Positions 1 through 11,468 of a stretch of 64,000 nucleotides of DNA are shown here, piece by piece. The position numbers and the translations under genes are program-made. This DNA is from Mobula hypostoma (lineage: Eukaryota): positions 113,462,001 to 113,526,000 of the forward strand of contig NC_086107.1 in NCBI RefSeq assembly GCF_963921235.1. The letters run 5' to 3'. Numbering within the stretch: the first letter of the stretch is position 1; each line of letters begins with the position of its first letter. The notes under the pieces are model-generated. The model made no database searches. It worked only from the letters and a program-made list of their open reading frames with translations, and had not been told where the DNA came from.

Positions 1-557
1 AGGAGGGGAGAGATGGAGTTGGGGGCTAGGGGGTGAGGGTGGGAGGAACAGGAGGAGAGAGAAACGGAGCGGGGGGACACTAAATTCTGCTGTCGAAGTT
101 TCAAAGGAGAAGTTATCTTGCGCATGGTTAAGAAAGTTATGAGGTGCGGGAGCAGGAGCCTGTGCTGAAGTGGGAGGGACTGGCCTTCGTGAGATTGTAA
201 TCAACTTCACGGCAGCCATTAATCTAAATGCAAGTTACCCACAGAGAAGGCTGCATCTCCCGAGAAACGTACTGTGTCTGCCTCCTTGAACCTGACTTTC
301 AAATTGAAAATTGTGGCTGATCTGTCCCAACTCTAATCCCACCAATAACAGATTGTTGAAGAAACTCAAACCAGCATTGCAGCTGAGGGTTATCAAAAGA
401 GGCGCAGAAGAACTCTCTGGAAGTTTATACAATGGAGAATGTTCCTCTACGGAAACTGGACTGCTGGATTATAAAAAGGGACGTGTGTAATGAAGTGATT
501 GCAAAGGTTCAGGGATTCAGCACAAGGGGAGGGGGTGAAACATCATTAGGCCATATC

Positions 558-990
558 ACCATAAGACATAAGAGCAGAACTAGACCATTCAGCCCATCAA
601 TTCTGCTCCACCATTCCATCACAGCTGATTTATTATCCCTCTCAACCCAAATCTCCAGCCTTCCCTCCATAACCTTTGATGCCTTGAGTAATTAATAACT
701 TATTGTCCTCCTGTTTAAATATACCCAATAATTTGGACTCCATGGCCATCTATGGCAATGGATTCCACAGGTTCACCACCCAGGGTTGCCAACTTTTTTT
801 AATGCCATGGACCAATACCATTAAACGAGGAGTCCTAACCCTGAACCACCTTGTGGCTAAAATCCCTCATCCTTGTTCTAAAGGGACAGAATAGAATCGC
901 TCTATTCTGAGGCTGTGCCCTCTGGTCCTAGACTCTCCCACGATAGGAAACATCCTCTCCACATCCACCCTATCTAGGCCTTGCAACATT
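558..990 (-). mobile_element. CR1-type LINE 3' fragment interrupted by a small hAT-like MITE (~781-843)
   Basis: (ATAAGAC)n tail, and the reverse strand encodes DRVDVERMFPIVGESRTRGHSLRI. The MITE is bounded by CAGGGTT...AACCCTG. Confidence 0.75.
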
Positions 991-1030
991 CAGTATTGGT
1001 TGCGGCACTGAAGCAACAGTTCTGACTCAC

Positions 1031-1121
1031 CTGGAAGTTGCCGCCATAGGTAGAATTCAGCTCATAAAAGAATTTGCCAGGGTCGGGTATGGACAGCCAA
1101 CGGGGAGTCTTCTTTCTGGAT
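1031..1121 (-). CDS. il2rb: IL2RB-like Box1 exon: (R)SRKKTPRWLSIPDPGKFFYELNSTYGGNFQ
   Basis: Acceptor tgtctttag|A, donor CAG|gtgagt, 91 nt (phase 2 to 0). IPDPGKFF..L...GG..Q closely parallels the JAK1-binding Box1 of IL2RB (TPDPSKFFSQLSSEHGGDVQ). Confidence 0.93.
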
Positions 1122-1829
1122 CTAAAGACAATCAAATTCCTCATTAGGACAATGGGTGAAAGGGATGAGCAACGGAGAAGGGTGGAGAGGTGGTGGAAAA
1201 CAGCATCGAGCACAAAGGAAAGGGGATGTAGAGGAAGAAGCAACACATACAGAATGCTGGAGGAACGCAGCTGTTCAGGAACCATCTATGGAAAGGAATA
1301 AACTGTTGACATTTTGGGCTGGGACCCTTCAGCTACTTATTCTCTTCCATAGATGCTGCCGGACCTGCTGAGTTATAGAACATAGAACATCTCTGCAACG
1401 TGCAGGCCATTCGGCTGTGATGTTGTGCTGACCTTTTAACCTACCACAAGGCCAATTTAACCCTTCCCTCCTACATAACCCTCCACTAGCCTAAAACTAG
1501 AGGGTATAGATTTAAGGTGAGAAGGGGAAGGGCCTGAAAAGGAGCTGAGGGACACAGAGGATGGTGGATATAAGGTACAAGTTACCAGAGGAAGGGGTAG
1601 AGGTGGGTACAACACTAATGTTTAAAAGACATTTGGACAGGTACACAGCTAGGAAAGCGTCAGAGGGATATGAGCCACATACAGGCAACTGAAACCGGCT
1701 CAGGTGGCTAACTTAATCAGCGTGATAAGTAGGGCCTGTTTTCAGGCAGTATAACTCGATGGGCTTGTTAAGAAAAGCTGAAGAACTTGCATGTTCTATC
1801 ACAAGTGCTGACCGGTTTCATTTATTATG

Positions 1830-2815
1830 GTCAACACAACACAATCGTTCCCTCGAATCTAATCAACCAGCTCCAAAGCCTGGGCCTCTGTAGCTCCCTC
1901 TGCTACTAGGTCCTCAGCTTCCTCAGTGGGAGTCCACAGTCTGGGCGGATCGGAAACAATGTCTCCTCCTTGCAGACGGTCAACACTGGCGCATCATGGA
2001 TGTGCATTTCAGCCCGCTGCTCCACTCTCTCCACACCCATGGGTGTGTGGCCGGGCACAGCTCAAGCAACATCTATCAATCTGCTGATGCCACAACTGTC
2101 TCTTGTCGCTGGCAGAATTTCAGGTGGTGACGGGGAAGCGTACAGGAGGGGTTAGATCAGCTGGCTTACTGGTGTCACAACAACAACCTTACACACAGTG
2201 TCAGTGACACCAAGGAATCGATTGTGAACCTCAGGGTGGGGGAGGGAAGGGAACTAACACCAGTCCCCATCGAAGAGTCTGCGGAGGCAGCAGTGAAAAG
2301 GATGAGCAGCTTCGAGTTCCAGGGTGCCAACACCTCTGAGTACCCAACATATTGATGCAATCACAAAGAAGGCACCACAGCAGCTATATTTCATTAGGAA
2401 TTTGAGGAGATTTGGTTTGTCACCAAAGAAGCTCACAGATTTCGACAGGTGCCCTGTGGAGAGCATTCTAACTGGTCACAACACTGTCTGGTGTGGAGGG
2501 GCCTTCTGCACAGGATCAGAAAAAGTTGTAGAAAGCTGTAAACCCAGCCAGCCCCATCATGGGCACCAGGCTCCCCAGCATGCAGGACACCTTCAAAAAG
2601 TGGTATCCATCATTAAAGACCCCCATCAGCCAGGACATGCCCTCTTCTCATTACTACCATCAAGGAGGAGGTACAGGAGCCTGAAGACACACACTTAATG
2701 TTTCAGGAACAGCTTCTTCCCCTCCATCATCCGATTTCTGAATAGACAATGAAACCATGAAAACTTCCTCACTATTTTTCCTCTCTTTTTGTACTATTTA
2801 TTGAATTTATTTTTT
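1830..2815 (+). mobile_element. Rex1/Babar-type non-LTR retrotransposon, degenerate 3' part
   Basis: ORF 2324-2698 contains LYFIRNLRRFGLSPKKLTDFDRCPVESILTG...HPGHALFSLLPSRRRYRSLKTHT, typical of the Rex1 RT C-terminal region. Confidence 0.8.
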
Positions 2816-3250
2816 TTATATACAGTGGATTCCACTTAATTGGGCCATTGGTTAATTGGGGCAGCACTTATTTGGAACAACTCTGAAAAGTCAAGGTTAC
2901 ATCAAGTCTGACAGGGGTTGCTGGGCGGTGCAACTCAAAGGGCCGTTTCATGCTGCATCTCTAAATAAGTAAGTAAACTTTTAAAAACAGAACAAAAACG
3001 AATCGAGGAAATAGCTAGTATTTCCTTTGTTTATTTTGGACACTATGCTGTTTAATTGGGGCAGGAGACTGTTGCGAAAATGTTTCTAATTAGTGTCAGT
3101 TGTATGTGCTTGTGTAGCCATTATACAAACAACGTGCTTCGAGTGACCGGCTTTTAAATAGCATCGATTGCGTGTGTTTGTGTTCAAAAGGCAGCAATTT
3201 TTGTCACTGGTGAATGCAGCAGGCCAGGCAGCATCTCCAGGAAGAGGTAC

Positions 3251-3286
3251 AGTCGACGTTTCGGGCCGAGACCCTTCGTCAGGACT
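3251..3286 (-). ncRNA. Minimal type I hammerhead ribozyme motif
   Basis: AGTC-CTGACGA-stem II-GAAACGTC-GACT on the minus strand: intact core, 4-bp stem I, palindromic ACGT stem III. Confidence 0.75.
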
Positions 3287-3357
3287 AACTGAAAGAAGAG
3301 CTAGTAAGAGATTTGAAAATTTGAGATTCATATCTCTTACTAGCTCTTCTTTCAGTT

Positions 3358-3393
3358 AGTCCTGACGAAGGGTCTCGGCCCGAAACGTCGACT
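3358..3393 (+). ncRNA. Minimal type I hammerhead ribozyme motif
   Basis: AGTC CTGACGA AGGGTCTCGGCCC GAAACGTC GACT. Confidence 0.75.
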
Positions 3394-4179
3394 GTACCTC
3401 TTCCTAGAGATGCTGCCTGGCCTGCTGCGTTCACCAGCAACTTTTATGTGTGTTGCTTGAAATTCCAGCATCTGCAGAATTCCTTGTGTTTGTAATTTTG
3501 TCACTGATAGTTGGTGAGAAATCAGCAGGAAGACAATTCAGAACCGTTTTGCTCACTGGAGTTTCAAGCTTTCAGGCTATTTCACTACTTCAACAAGTAA
3601 GGAACGGTGAAGAACTTGAAGGTATCAACAATCATCTTGAATGTTGCAATGAAAATGAAGATTTGGTAGCTGCAAACGTCGAAAGGGTTGTATTACTGTC
3701 CATTATTTGCACCAGGTGTCTGCGTTGATTTTATTCATTTACAATCAAAAGAATGCGGCATAGATGAATTCCTCTGTCGATAACTATTAGGAACTAATAT
3801 ACAGTTTTATAGCACTGTAGTAGTATTGATAGTGCTCTAATTTGTTCTGTATTTCACTTAAATACATAATTTGTCTTTTTAACTATTTCCATGAAACTTC
3901 AGCTAATTGGGGCGACCATTTAATTGGACCAAAATGTACTGGTCTGGATGTGCCCCAATTAATCAAATTCCACTCTATGTATTTATAGTTCATATTGTAG
4001 ATTATAGTTTCAATTATTATCTATTGCAATGTACTGCTGCCACAAAACAACAAATTGCACAGCATGTGCTAGTGATATTGTGCACATTAACAGATCTCCT
4101 GACTGTGTGGGGTCGATGCACCTTCCTCTCTACCTCCCCATTGTTACCACGAACAAAAGCATCTTACAAGTTGCACAAT

Positions 4180-4570
4180 TTGGGGTGACCTCATTGAAAC
4201 CTATCCAATGGTGAAAGGCCTTGATAGAGGGGATGTGGAGCGGATGTTTCCCATGGTGGAAGTATTTATGACTGGAGGACACAGCCTCAGAATAAGGGGC
4301 CTCCTTTTAGAACGGAGATGAGGAGGAATTTATTTCACCAGAGAGTGGAGAATCTGTGGAATTCATTGCCACAGACACAGCCAAGTCTTTACAAATATTT
4401 AAGGCAGAGGTTGATAGATTCTTGGTTAGTCAGGTCTTGAAGGGATACGGGCAGAAGGCAGGAGATTGGGGCTGAGAGGGAAATGGATCAGCCATGATGA
4501 AATGGCAGAGCAGACTCGATGGGCCAAATGGCCTAATTTTGCTCCTATATCTTCTGGTGTTCTGGTCTAA
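4180..4570 (+). mobile_element. CR1 LINE 3' fragment
   Basis: Degenerate GDLIETY..VKGLDR.DVERMFP..GHSLRIRG..FRTEMRRN..QRVENLWNSLP, followed by the CR1 3' UTR (GGGCCAAATGGCCT) and tail. Confidence 0.8.
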
Positions 4571-4742
4571 TTTTCACCTGGAGGTTAAACCAACTGGACA
4601 TTTGTAAACGTAGACAACACACCTCAGGCAGAGAGGGAGTTGCTCTTAGCATTTGAAATCCAGAAGTAAACAGAAAATCTCTTCAGTATCAAAACATCAG
4701 CACCTAATTTCACTTCTACCAGGTGTTCTGGGGTCATCTTAC

Positions 4743-4836
4743 CTTCTTATGACCAGCTTCCCAATGAGCAGAATGGCAACGGCAAACAGGATTCCACTCA
4801 GTAAGAGGGCGATCCACAGGTCTCCAGTGAATTTAC
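4743..4836 (-). CDS. il2rb: IL2RB-like transmembrane exon: (G)KFTGDLWIALLLSGILFAVAILLIGKLVIR
   Basis: Acceptor ccttcttccag|GT, donor AG|gtaaga, 94 nt (phase 1 to 2). About 20 hydrophobic residues followed by basic residues. Confidence 0.92.
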
Positions 4837-4871
4837 CTGGAAGAAGGTAGCAAAAACAGTTCGGTGAAACA

Positions 4872-5028
4872 AATCCCTTACTCACTCTTCCTTCAGTTAG
4901 TCCTGACGAAGGGTCTCGGCCTGAAACGTCGACTGCGCCTCTTCCTATAGATGCTGCCTGGCCTGCTGCGTTCACCAGCAACTTTGATGTATGTTGCTTG
5001 AATTTCCAGCATCTGCAGAATTCCTGTT
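4872..5028 (+). mobile_element. Young Penelope-derived short insertion with hammerhead motif (4899-4934)
   Basis: Perfect 13-bp TSD GTTCGGTGAAACA (4859-4871, 5029-5041). Hammerhead motif AGTC CTGACGA AGGGTCTCGGCCT GAAACGTC GACT. Confidence 0.88.
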
Positions 5029-6328
5029 GTTCGGTGAAACAGCAGGTCGGTCCATGTGCCCAGGAGATAAACTAGCTTTAACTGAGTACGTTAACAATGC
5101 TTTTCCAGTGAGCAAGCAAGTCTCAGGGTTGTATAATTTATACATTCTTTGATAATAACTGTACTTGGATCTTGAACCATCCAACCGAGACTGAAGTCCC
5201 ACAAATGCAAGATGAGATTTTGCCTTCAAAAAGGCAGCATCCATCATTAAGCACTCTCACCACCCAGGACATGCCCTCTTCTCAATGCTACCACCAGGGA
5301 GGCCCCCTCCTCTGCCCCAGAGGAGCCTGAAGACACGCTCAACTATTGTGTATTTAATATTTCAATAATATTTGCGTAATCTTGAATAGTTTGATTAAGC
5401 ATTCTTGTCCATTTGAATAATTCATTACGGTTTATATGTAAAAATGCATTAACTGCATATGCCATCACACCTCTACGTGATACATGCTGAACTCACTTTA
5501 GGTAAACACGATCTACACCCATATCTCAGGCTCCCTGCATCTTCATTTGAATTAGTTTAATGTTTTGAAGTTACAACGTTTTAGGAACAGCCTCTTCCCC
5601 TGCGCTATCAGATTTCTGAGTGGACAACCCCTTGATCACTACCTCAGTGTAGTTTTTTGTTCTCTTTTCGCTTTGAACTTCGAACTTTGAAATGTTAACG
5701 CGGCTGATAATCTGCTGGAGGAGCTCAGACGCTAAACAGTGTCCGTGAGGGAAGGGAACTGTCGGTATTTCAAATTTCAAAGTAAATTTATCAACAAAGA
5801 ACATGTGTGTCACCGTATACAACCCTGAGATACATTTTCTTGAGGGCATTCACAGTAGAACGACGAATCAATGAAAATAAAGAATCAATAAATACCGAGA
5901 ACATGAGAAACCCTGCTTGGGGACTAAGAGTGGAAAAGGCGGTTGGCCTGCTATAACGAGCGGGAGCTGAAACGGCGCCAATGGCTGAATGGTGGTGAAG
6001 ATGATAGACAGATCCAGGATCAAATTTATTCACCAGATGAGTTTACATGAATTAATAATTCGCTGTGGTGTGTTGACTCCACACGTAACAAGAAGGCACC
6101 ATTATGAAGAGAAAAGAATTATATAAAATTAAGTTAGAAGTATGGATTTGGAATAAAATGTACATAATTACATTAAAATCAGCATGCATTTACAATGTGA
6201 ACAGCGTTATAAAAATGGATCATAATGACTATAACATTGAATCATATTGATTACAACGTCGCATTGGAATTCACGGCTGTAGAGCCCAAGTCATTGAGTA
6301 TATTTAAAGCAGAGTTTGATGGTTTCTT

Positions 6329-6607
6329 GTGTTGGCGCGTGGCCAAGTGGTTAAGGTGTTCGTCTAGTGATTTGAAGGTCGCCAGTTCGAGCCTTGGCTG
6401 AGGCAGTGTGTTGTGTCTTTGAGCAAGGCACTTAACCACACAGTGCTCTGTGACGAAACCGGTGCCAAGCTGCGTGTTCCCTTGGACAATGTTGGTGGCG
6501 TGGAGAGGAGAGACTGCTGGTCTTCCATACAACCTTGCCCAGGCCTGCGCTCTGGAAACTTTCCAAGGCGCAAATCCATGGTCTCATGAGACTAACGGAT
6601 GCCTATA
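6329..6607 (+). mobile_element. tRNA-derived SINE inserted into a CR1 3' fragment (~6255-6765)
   Basis: A box TGGCCAAGTGG, B box GTTCGAGCC, 12-bp TSD TGATGGTTTCTT. Related copies at 53933-54237 and ~49035-49245. Confidence 0.85.
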
Positions 6608-6959
6608 TGATGGTTTCTTACTTAATCAGGGCATCAAAGGTTACAGGGAGAAGGCAGGATTGAGGTTGAGAGGGATGATAAATCAGCCTTCATGTAATGG
6701 TGGAGCAGACTCGATGGGCCGAATGGCCTGATTCTGCTCCTATGTCTTATGGACTTTTGGTCTTCAGTCCCACCATTTTTTTGAAATGTATATTTTGCTA
6801 GAGGTGACTTCGAACTCAGTGGCCAACTGCACGGTCACTAACTGTGTGTGTTGTGAGCTGGTTGTTCATTCCCTGGTAAGATCTGGGCTAATGCACTCGG
6901 GTGGCATGCCATATGCCTACTCTACAGACTATTGCTGATTTAGGTAATTCCCACTTTAC

Positions 6960-7149
6960 CAGTTGCAGCTTTGGATTTCTGAGTTTTCCATTTCAGTGCC
7001 TGGCTCCATTTGCTCCAGATGCTCTTGTAATTCTTACTGTCCAGAATTCTCACTCGAATCTGGGTCACGTAGGAGGAGTCGGCCTTCAAATTGGACAGGT
7101 CGATTTGTATTCTTCTTTCGTTTTGCTGGATCAGATGCTTCTTGGCATT
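6960..7149 (-). CDS. il2rb: IL2RB-like exon, D2 second half with WSxWS: NAKKHLIQQNERRIQIDLSNLKADSSYVTQIRVRILDSKNYKSIWSKWSQALKWKTQKSKAAT
   Basis: Acceptor ccgattccag|AAT, donor G|gtaaag, 190 nt (phase 0 to 1). Contains L-x4-Y-x-x-Q-I-R-V-R and WSKWS. Confidence 0.93.
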
Positions 7150-8093
7150 CTGGAATCGGAACGTTTGACAGAGTCAGTAAAAGTGGAGACGATTTCAGGC
7201 AGAATGACAAGCCACTGCAGTGGTTACAGAATACAAGACAACCCCGCCCTCCCATCGGGCCGAAATGGCGGGTTCCAGCATTAGCGAGGTTGTGGAAGTG
7301 GTGGCAAAGGAAGGAATTAGGCAATATCCAGGCAAGAAAGGTTTGCAGATAGTCTGCAGTCAATCCTGGTAAGAAAGATCTTTGAAGGGCCTCACTTCCT
7401 TTTGTACAGCAGGGGACGGGAGCCACTGCTGCACAAAAGAGAGACAAGATGAGGAGTTAATGGAAGGATGCAAGGCATACACCAAAGAAGGGACAATTAC
7501 TTTATTAACTTCAAAGTATCATCGGTTATCCTATAGTTTCTGTTGACTTTTAGCACTGCTATTGTGATTGGCGGCTGATCATGCAAATAAGGAATTCGAA
7601 CATACACAAGATTGCCAAATGGTCAATATCCGTAACTGCATGTCACTTCTGTATAAAAATAGCACTAACCTACTCAGTGTGGTTACTGGGGCCGGGCTGT
7701 TCTCCTTGAATGCAATTAATAATGTGTGATCGAGGAATGAATGCAAGTTTTCAGGGTCCAGTTAATTGATGATGACAAGGTGACGAATGCATTGACAGGC
7801 TTGGAGTTCTCGCCTGAGACAGAGATGGTTTCTGAGGAGACACTACAACAGATTTGGGGCACAGTACGTCAGGTATAGGTTCCTCCTCCCGAGATTGTGG
7901 GACAGGGACCTTGCGTGATGTTTTTATTTGCTCCTCACAGTTTTCTCCTCTAGTAGTTTCCTTCTCTCTCAGGAGATCACGTGAAGGAGTGGACGGTAAA
8001 TGACTTCTGATGAGAGTGAGTGGCAGAAGAATGGAGTCTGAGAGCGAGAGAAAGAAAGAGAGAGTGTGTGACTGGAAGGGCTACTGGCAATCA

Positions 8094-8285
8094 GGACCAA
8101 TGGGAACTTCACTGGGAATTAGGACCAATGGCAACTCTATTAGGAATTAGGACCAATGGGAACTCTACAGGGAATTAGGACCAATGGGAGCTCTACTGGG
8201 AAATAGGACCAATCGAACTCTACTGGGAATTAGGACCAATGGGAACTCTACTGGGAATTAGGACCAATGGGAACTCTACTGGGAG
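8094..8285 (+). repeat. 28-bp minisatellite x ~7 (GGACCAATGGGAACTCTACTGGGAATTA)
   Basis: Tandem units are directly visible. Confidence 0.9.
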
Positions 8286-8955
8286 CAGACATGGCCTCCT
8301 TTTCTCAGTCATCAAAGTATGTCAGTACATCCAACTCTCACCTCCCCATCCTTAACCAGGTTGCAACCATATCAGCAAGGTCACCTTGATCATTGACTCA
8401 AACTGCTTATAGTCATCCCTCCAACCTCTCCAACTTCTCACCTCACAATGACCCAATGTTAAAAGTTTGAATTCACCACCCCGCCCCCATCCCAATTCCA
8501 CCTGCTGTCACCCCACCCCCCCCCCCCGCCACCCCAGACTCAACCTTTCCTCATAAGACATGTTCCCTAATTCAGATGGGCATCTTGGAATCTGGGTGCT
8601 ACAGAATTCTGGGCCCAGATCTTTAATACAATAGAACAAAGATATTTATTTATTTAGAGATATCGTGCAGAAGTAGGCCTTCCAGCCCTTTGAGCTACAC
8701 CCCCCAGCATCTAGAATTAACCCTAGCCTAACCATGAAGCAACTTACCATGACCAAGTAACCTACTAAATGGTACAGCTTTGGACTGTGGGAGGAAACCA
8801 GAGGACCTGGAGAAAACCAACACATTCCACAGGGAGGACGTACAGAGACTCCTTACAGAGGTCACCGGGATTAAACTCCAAAGTCTGACACCCCAAGCAT
8901 CTAACCGCTAGGCTACCATGGCGCCAGTGAGATACGGTGCATCAGTCGAACTTAC

Positions 8956-9101
8956 TTTCCAGGGCTCAGTCTCGAGCTTGTATCGAATCTCGAATTCCAT
9001 TTTATCGGCGAAAAGAAGTTCGTGTTTAGTCTGCCAGGACAGTTCAATCATGGTGTCAGTATCATTGACCACGTTCAAGTTGGACGGAGGCTGGAGCTGG
9101 A
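8956..9101 (-). CDS. il2rb: IL2RB-like exon, D2 (FN3) first half: (I)QLQPPSNLNVVNDTDTMIELSWQTKHELLFADKMEFEIRYKLETEPWK
   Basis: Acceptor ttgttcatag|TC, donor AAA|gtaagt, 146 nt (phase 1 to 0). PPxNL...LSW...EFEIRY...W is an FN3 pattern. Confidence 0.93.
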
Positions 9102-9118
9102 CTATGAACAACAAAAAG

Positions 9119-9931
9119 TGTGACGAAAAACCAAGTTATCAGAAGATTGATGCTAATGAGAGAGATAAGTGAGACAATGGTGCAGCATTCAAAAATGTTA
9201 ATGAGAGAGGAGAAAGAGATAACGGAAAGAGACACCAGTCCGTGTATTGACAGACCGATTGGTTTGAACCTGAACTGTTTGAAGTTTGATGGACAGGCGA
9301 TACCCCAGCAGGGGGATAAAAAGAACAGGTTCACTAAGGCAAGACAGACACCACGAGATCACGAGATAACGAGACCCTGGAAGTGCGATGTGCCCCCCCC
9401 CCCCAACAAGTTGGTGGGAGTTTGGAGGTCTGGTCGCGGGACCGACCATAGACGCACAGGGTGAAAAGGTACGATCAGCGGGAACCTGGTGTGTGTGTCC
9501 GCCCTTGCCTGGGTGCTGGGTACACCGCAGAAGAACGATCGTATCCGGAACGGAGGGGTCACAGTCAGTGACCTCAGAAGACATTAAAAAGGGCTCGCCC
9601 GAAAGCTAACTGCGAGGAACATCAAAGGTCTGTTTGAATTGAAATTTGCATTCGCTCTCTCTCTCTCTTCAACGGCACAACAGCGATTACTGCGAACTAT
9701 GCTCAGCTGAACCAAACTCTGCGTCCCTTGAGACTGATCATTTTACCCCTAGACTGCAATAGAGCTTGATTGATTCCTATTATCCTAGTTCTGTGTACAT
9801 GTGTGTTTTATCATTGCTAACCTGTTGCATTTATATCCTTACGATTAGAGTACTGTGTTACTTATTTCTTTAAGAAAACTTTCTTAGTTCCAGTAATCCA
9901 GACTCCAACTAAGTGGTCCATTTCTGCTGGT
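9119..9931 (+). mobile_element. Solo LTR-like element (probably Gypsy/ERV), 3' end not canonical
   Basis: Starts TGTGACG. Has a TATA-like GATAAAAAG, a CT tract and a polyA-like region near the end, and is flanked by AAAG on both sides. The family assignment is from recall, not a search. Confidence 0.55.
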
Positions 9932-10048
9932 AAAGAAACATCAAAATTACCTTCCTGAAATGCCTGCTCTCAGATTACCAAAGCAAACATCACAGGCACT
10001 GCTTCATCATTTGCACTGTACTCATGACGTACAGTGCAGACCATTCAA

Positions 10049-10432
10049 TAAGACCATAAGATATAGGAGCAGAATTAGGCCATTCAGCCCATTGAGTCTG
10101 CTCTGCCATTCAATTATGGCTTAATTCCCTCTCAACCTCATTTTCTGACTTCTCCCGTAACCTCTGACTCCCTCACTAACCAAGAACTTATTGTCCTCCG
10201 CTTTAAATATATCCAATGATTTGGCCTCCACAGTCGTCCGCAGCAACAAATTCCACAGATTCACCACCCTCTGGCTAAAGAAATTCCTCTGCATCTCTGT
10301 TCTAAAGAGAGGTCCTTCTATTCAGAGGCTGAGCCCTCTGGTCCTAGACTCTCATACTAAAGGAAACATCCTTTCCACGTCCACCCTGTTTAGGCTTTTC
10401 AATAGTCAATAGGTTTCAATGAGATCCCCCCA
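10049..10432 (-). mobile_element. CR1 LINE 3' fragment
   Basis: ATAAGACCATAAGA tail and reverse-strand VERMFPLV.ESRTRG.SL. Confidence 0.8.
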
Positions 10433-10512
10433 CAATTCCCATTACATTGGAAAATGAGGATTAAGGCAGCTAATCAAATCTCAAGACCTCCTCCATCATT
10501 TAGAACATATAA

Positions 10513-10742
10513 CATACACCCAGTGGCCACTTTATTAGGTACACCTGTTCACCTGCTCGTTAATGCAAATATCTAATCAGCCAATCATGTGGCAGCAACT
10601 CAATGCATAAAAGCATGCAGACATGGTCAGGAGGTTCAGTTGTTGTTCAGACCAAACATCAGAATGGGGAAGAAATGTGCCAGATGGGAGGTTCGGGGAT
10701 CTCAGAAAATGCAGATCTCCTGGGGTTTTTATGCACAACATG
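10513..10742 (+). mobile_element. Tc1-like element, left half (split by hAT insertion)
   Basis: TACAC.CAGTGGCCACTTTATTAGGTACAC end, followed by the transposase N-terminus MGKKC...ISENADLLGF. Confidence 0.75.
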
Positions 10743-11468
10743 CCCAGCTGGGTTTCTCAACCGGCCTTCTGTGAGAGATTGTGCTTTTAAAAAAAAAATT
10801 CATTTTTTGAATAGCGCAATGCACAATATTAGCGCCTGGAGTGCTGGGCAGTGACAGAATAGCCCTGTTAGCAATCTCATTAAAGGTCTCTCAGACCAGT
10901 ACGGCAGTGTGCAGTAGGACTGTGGTTATTTGGTTGAGTCGTCTCCCTCCTGAATTACCTCCCCCAACTTCCCCTTACCAACTGACAAACAAACTTTACT
11001 GGTGTAGTAGAAAATTGGAAGGAAATTTTCATTCTAAAGACAGTCGAATATGATGATTTTTGAAGAGGAGGTGTGAGATAAAAGAGAAGGATTCTAGGCC
11101 TGGCCTATGGACAATTCTGATAAGGTTAATGGTGGATTACAATCATTTCACTGCACTAGTGCAAAAGCAGACACAAAAAGGTCCATCTTTGCAGTGAAAG
11201 CTACTTATCCATGAGTTTTACATGGACTGGTGATCCCATTTCTCCTATTCCATGATGCCTAGTCTGTGGCAAACAACTTACAAATGTAGCAATGACTCCA
11301 GCAAAATTGAAAGGACACTTAACTAGAAATCACAGCCATATGACATGTAAAAGTCCTGATTATTTTAAACAGCTATTGGAATCTCAAAACAAACAGAGTA
11401 AAGCTTTTGTTAATAAAGTCACAGTTAGTAGAAGAAATCAAGAAGCAAGTTATTTTGTAGCAGAACTT

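Larger units (their letters stand above)
3208..3493. mobile_element. Penelope-derived short insertion with inverted (hairpin) 3' ends, carrying two hammerhead motifs
   Basis: Arms of ~105 nt (3208-3312 and 3330-3437) are near-perfect reverse complements. The flanking TTTTGTCACTG is duplicated. The sequence matches the 3' end of the Penelope at 12260-12400. Confidence 0.85.
2821..3979. mobile_element. Non-autonomous Tigger/pogo-like DNA element with nested insertions
   Basis: Imperfect TIRs TA|CAGTGGATTCCACTTAATTGGG ... CCCAATTAATCAAATTCCACTC|TA and an AT-rich interior. Confidence 0.6.

Noticed and set aside
235..432. Possible final cytoplasmic exon of the receptor
   Set aside because: No KWL/Box2-like or Ser/acidic-rich sequence is recognisable after nearby acceptors and the frames close quickly, so the exon probably lies outside the window.
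6329..6410. tRNA gene
   Set aside because: The A/B boxes continue into a SINE body with a TSD, and the family is repeated elsewhere in the window.
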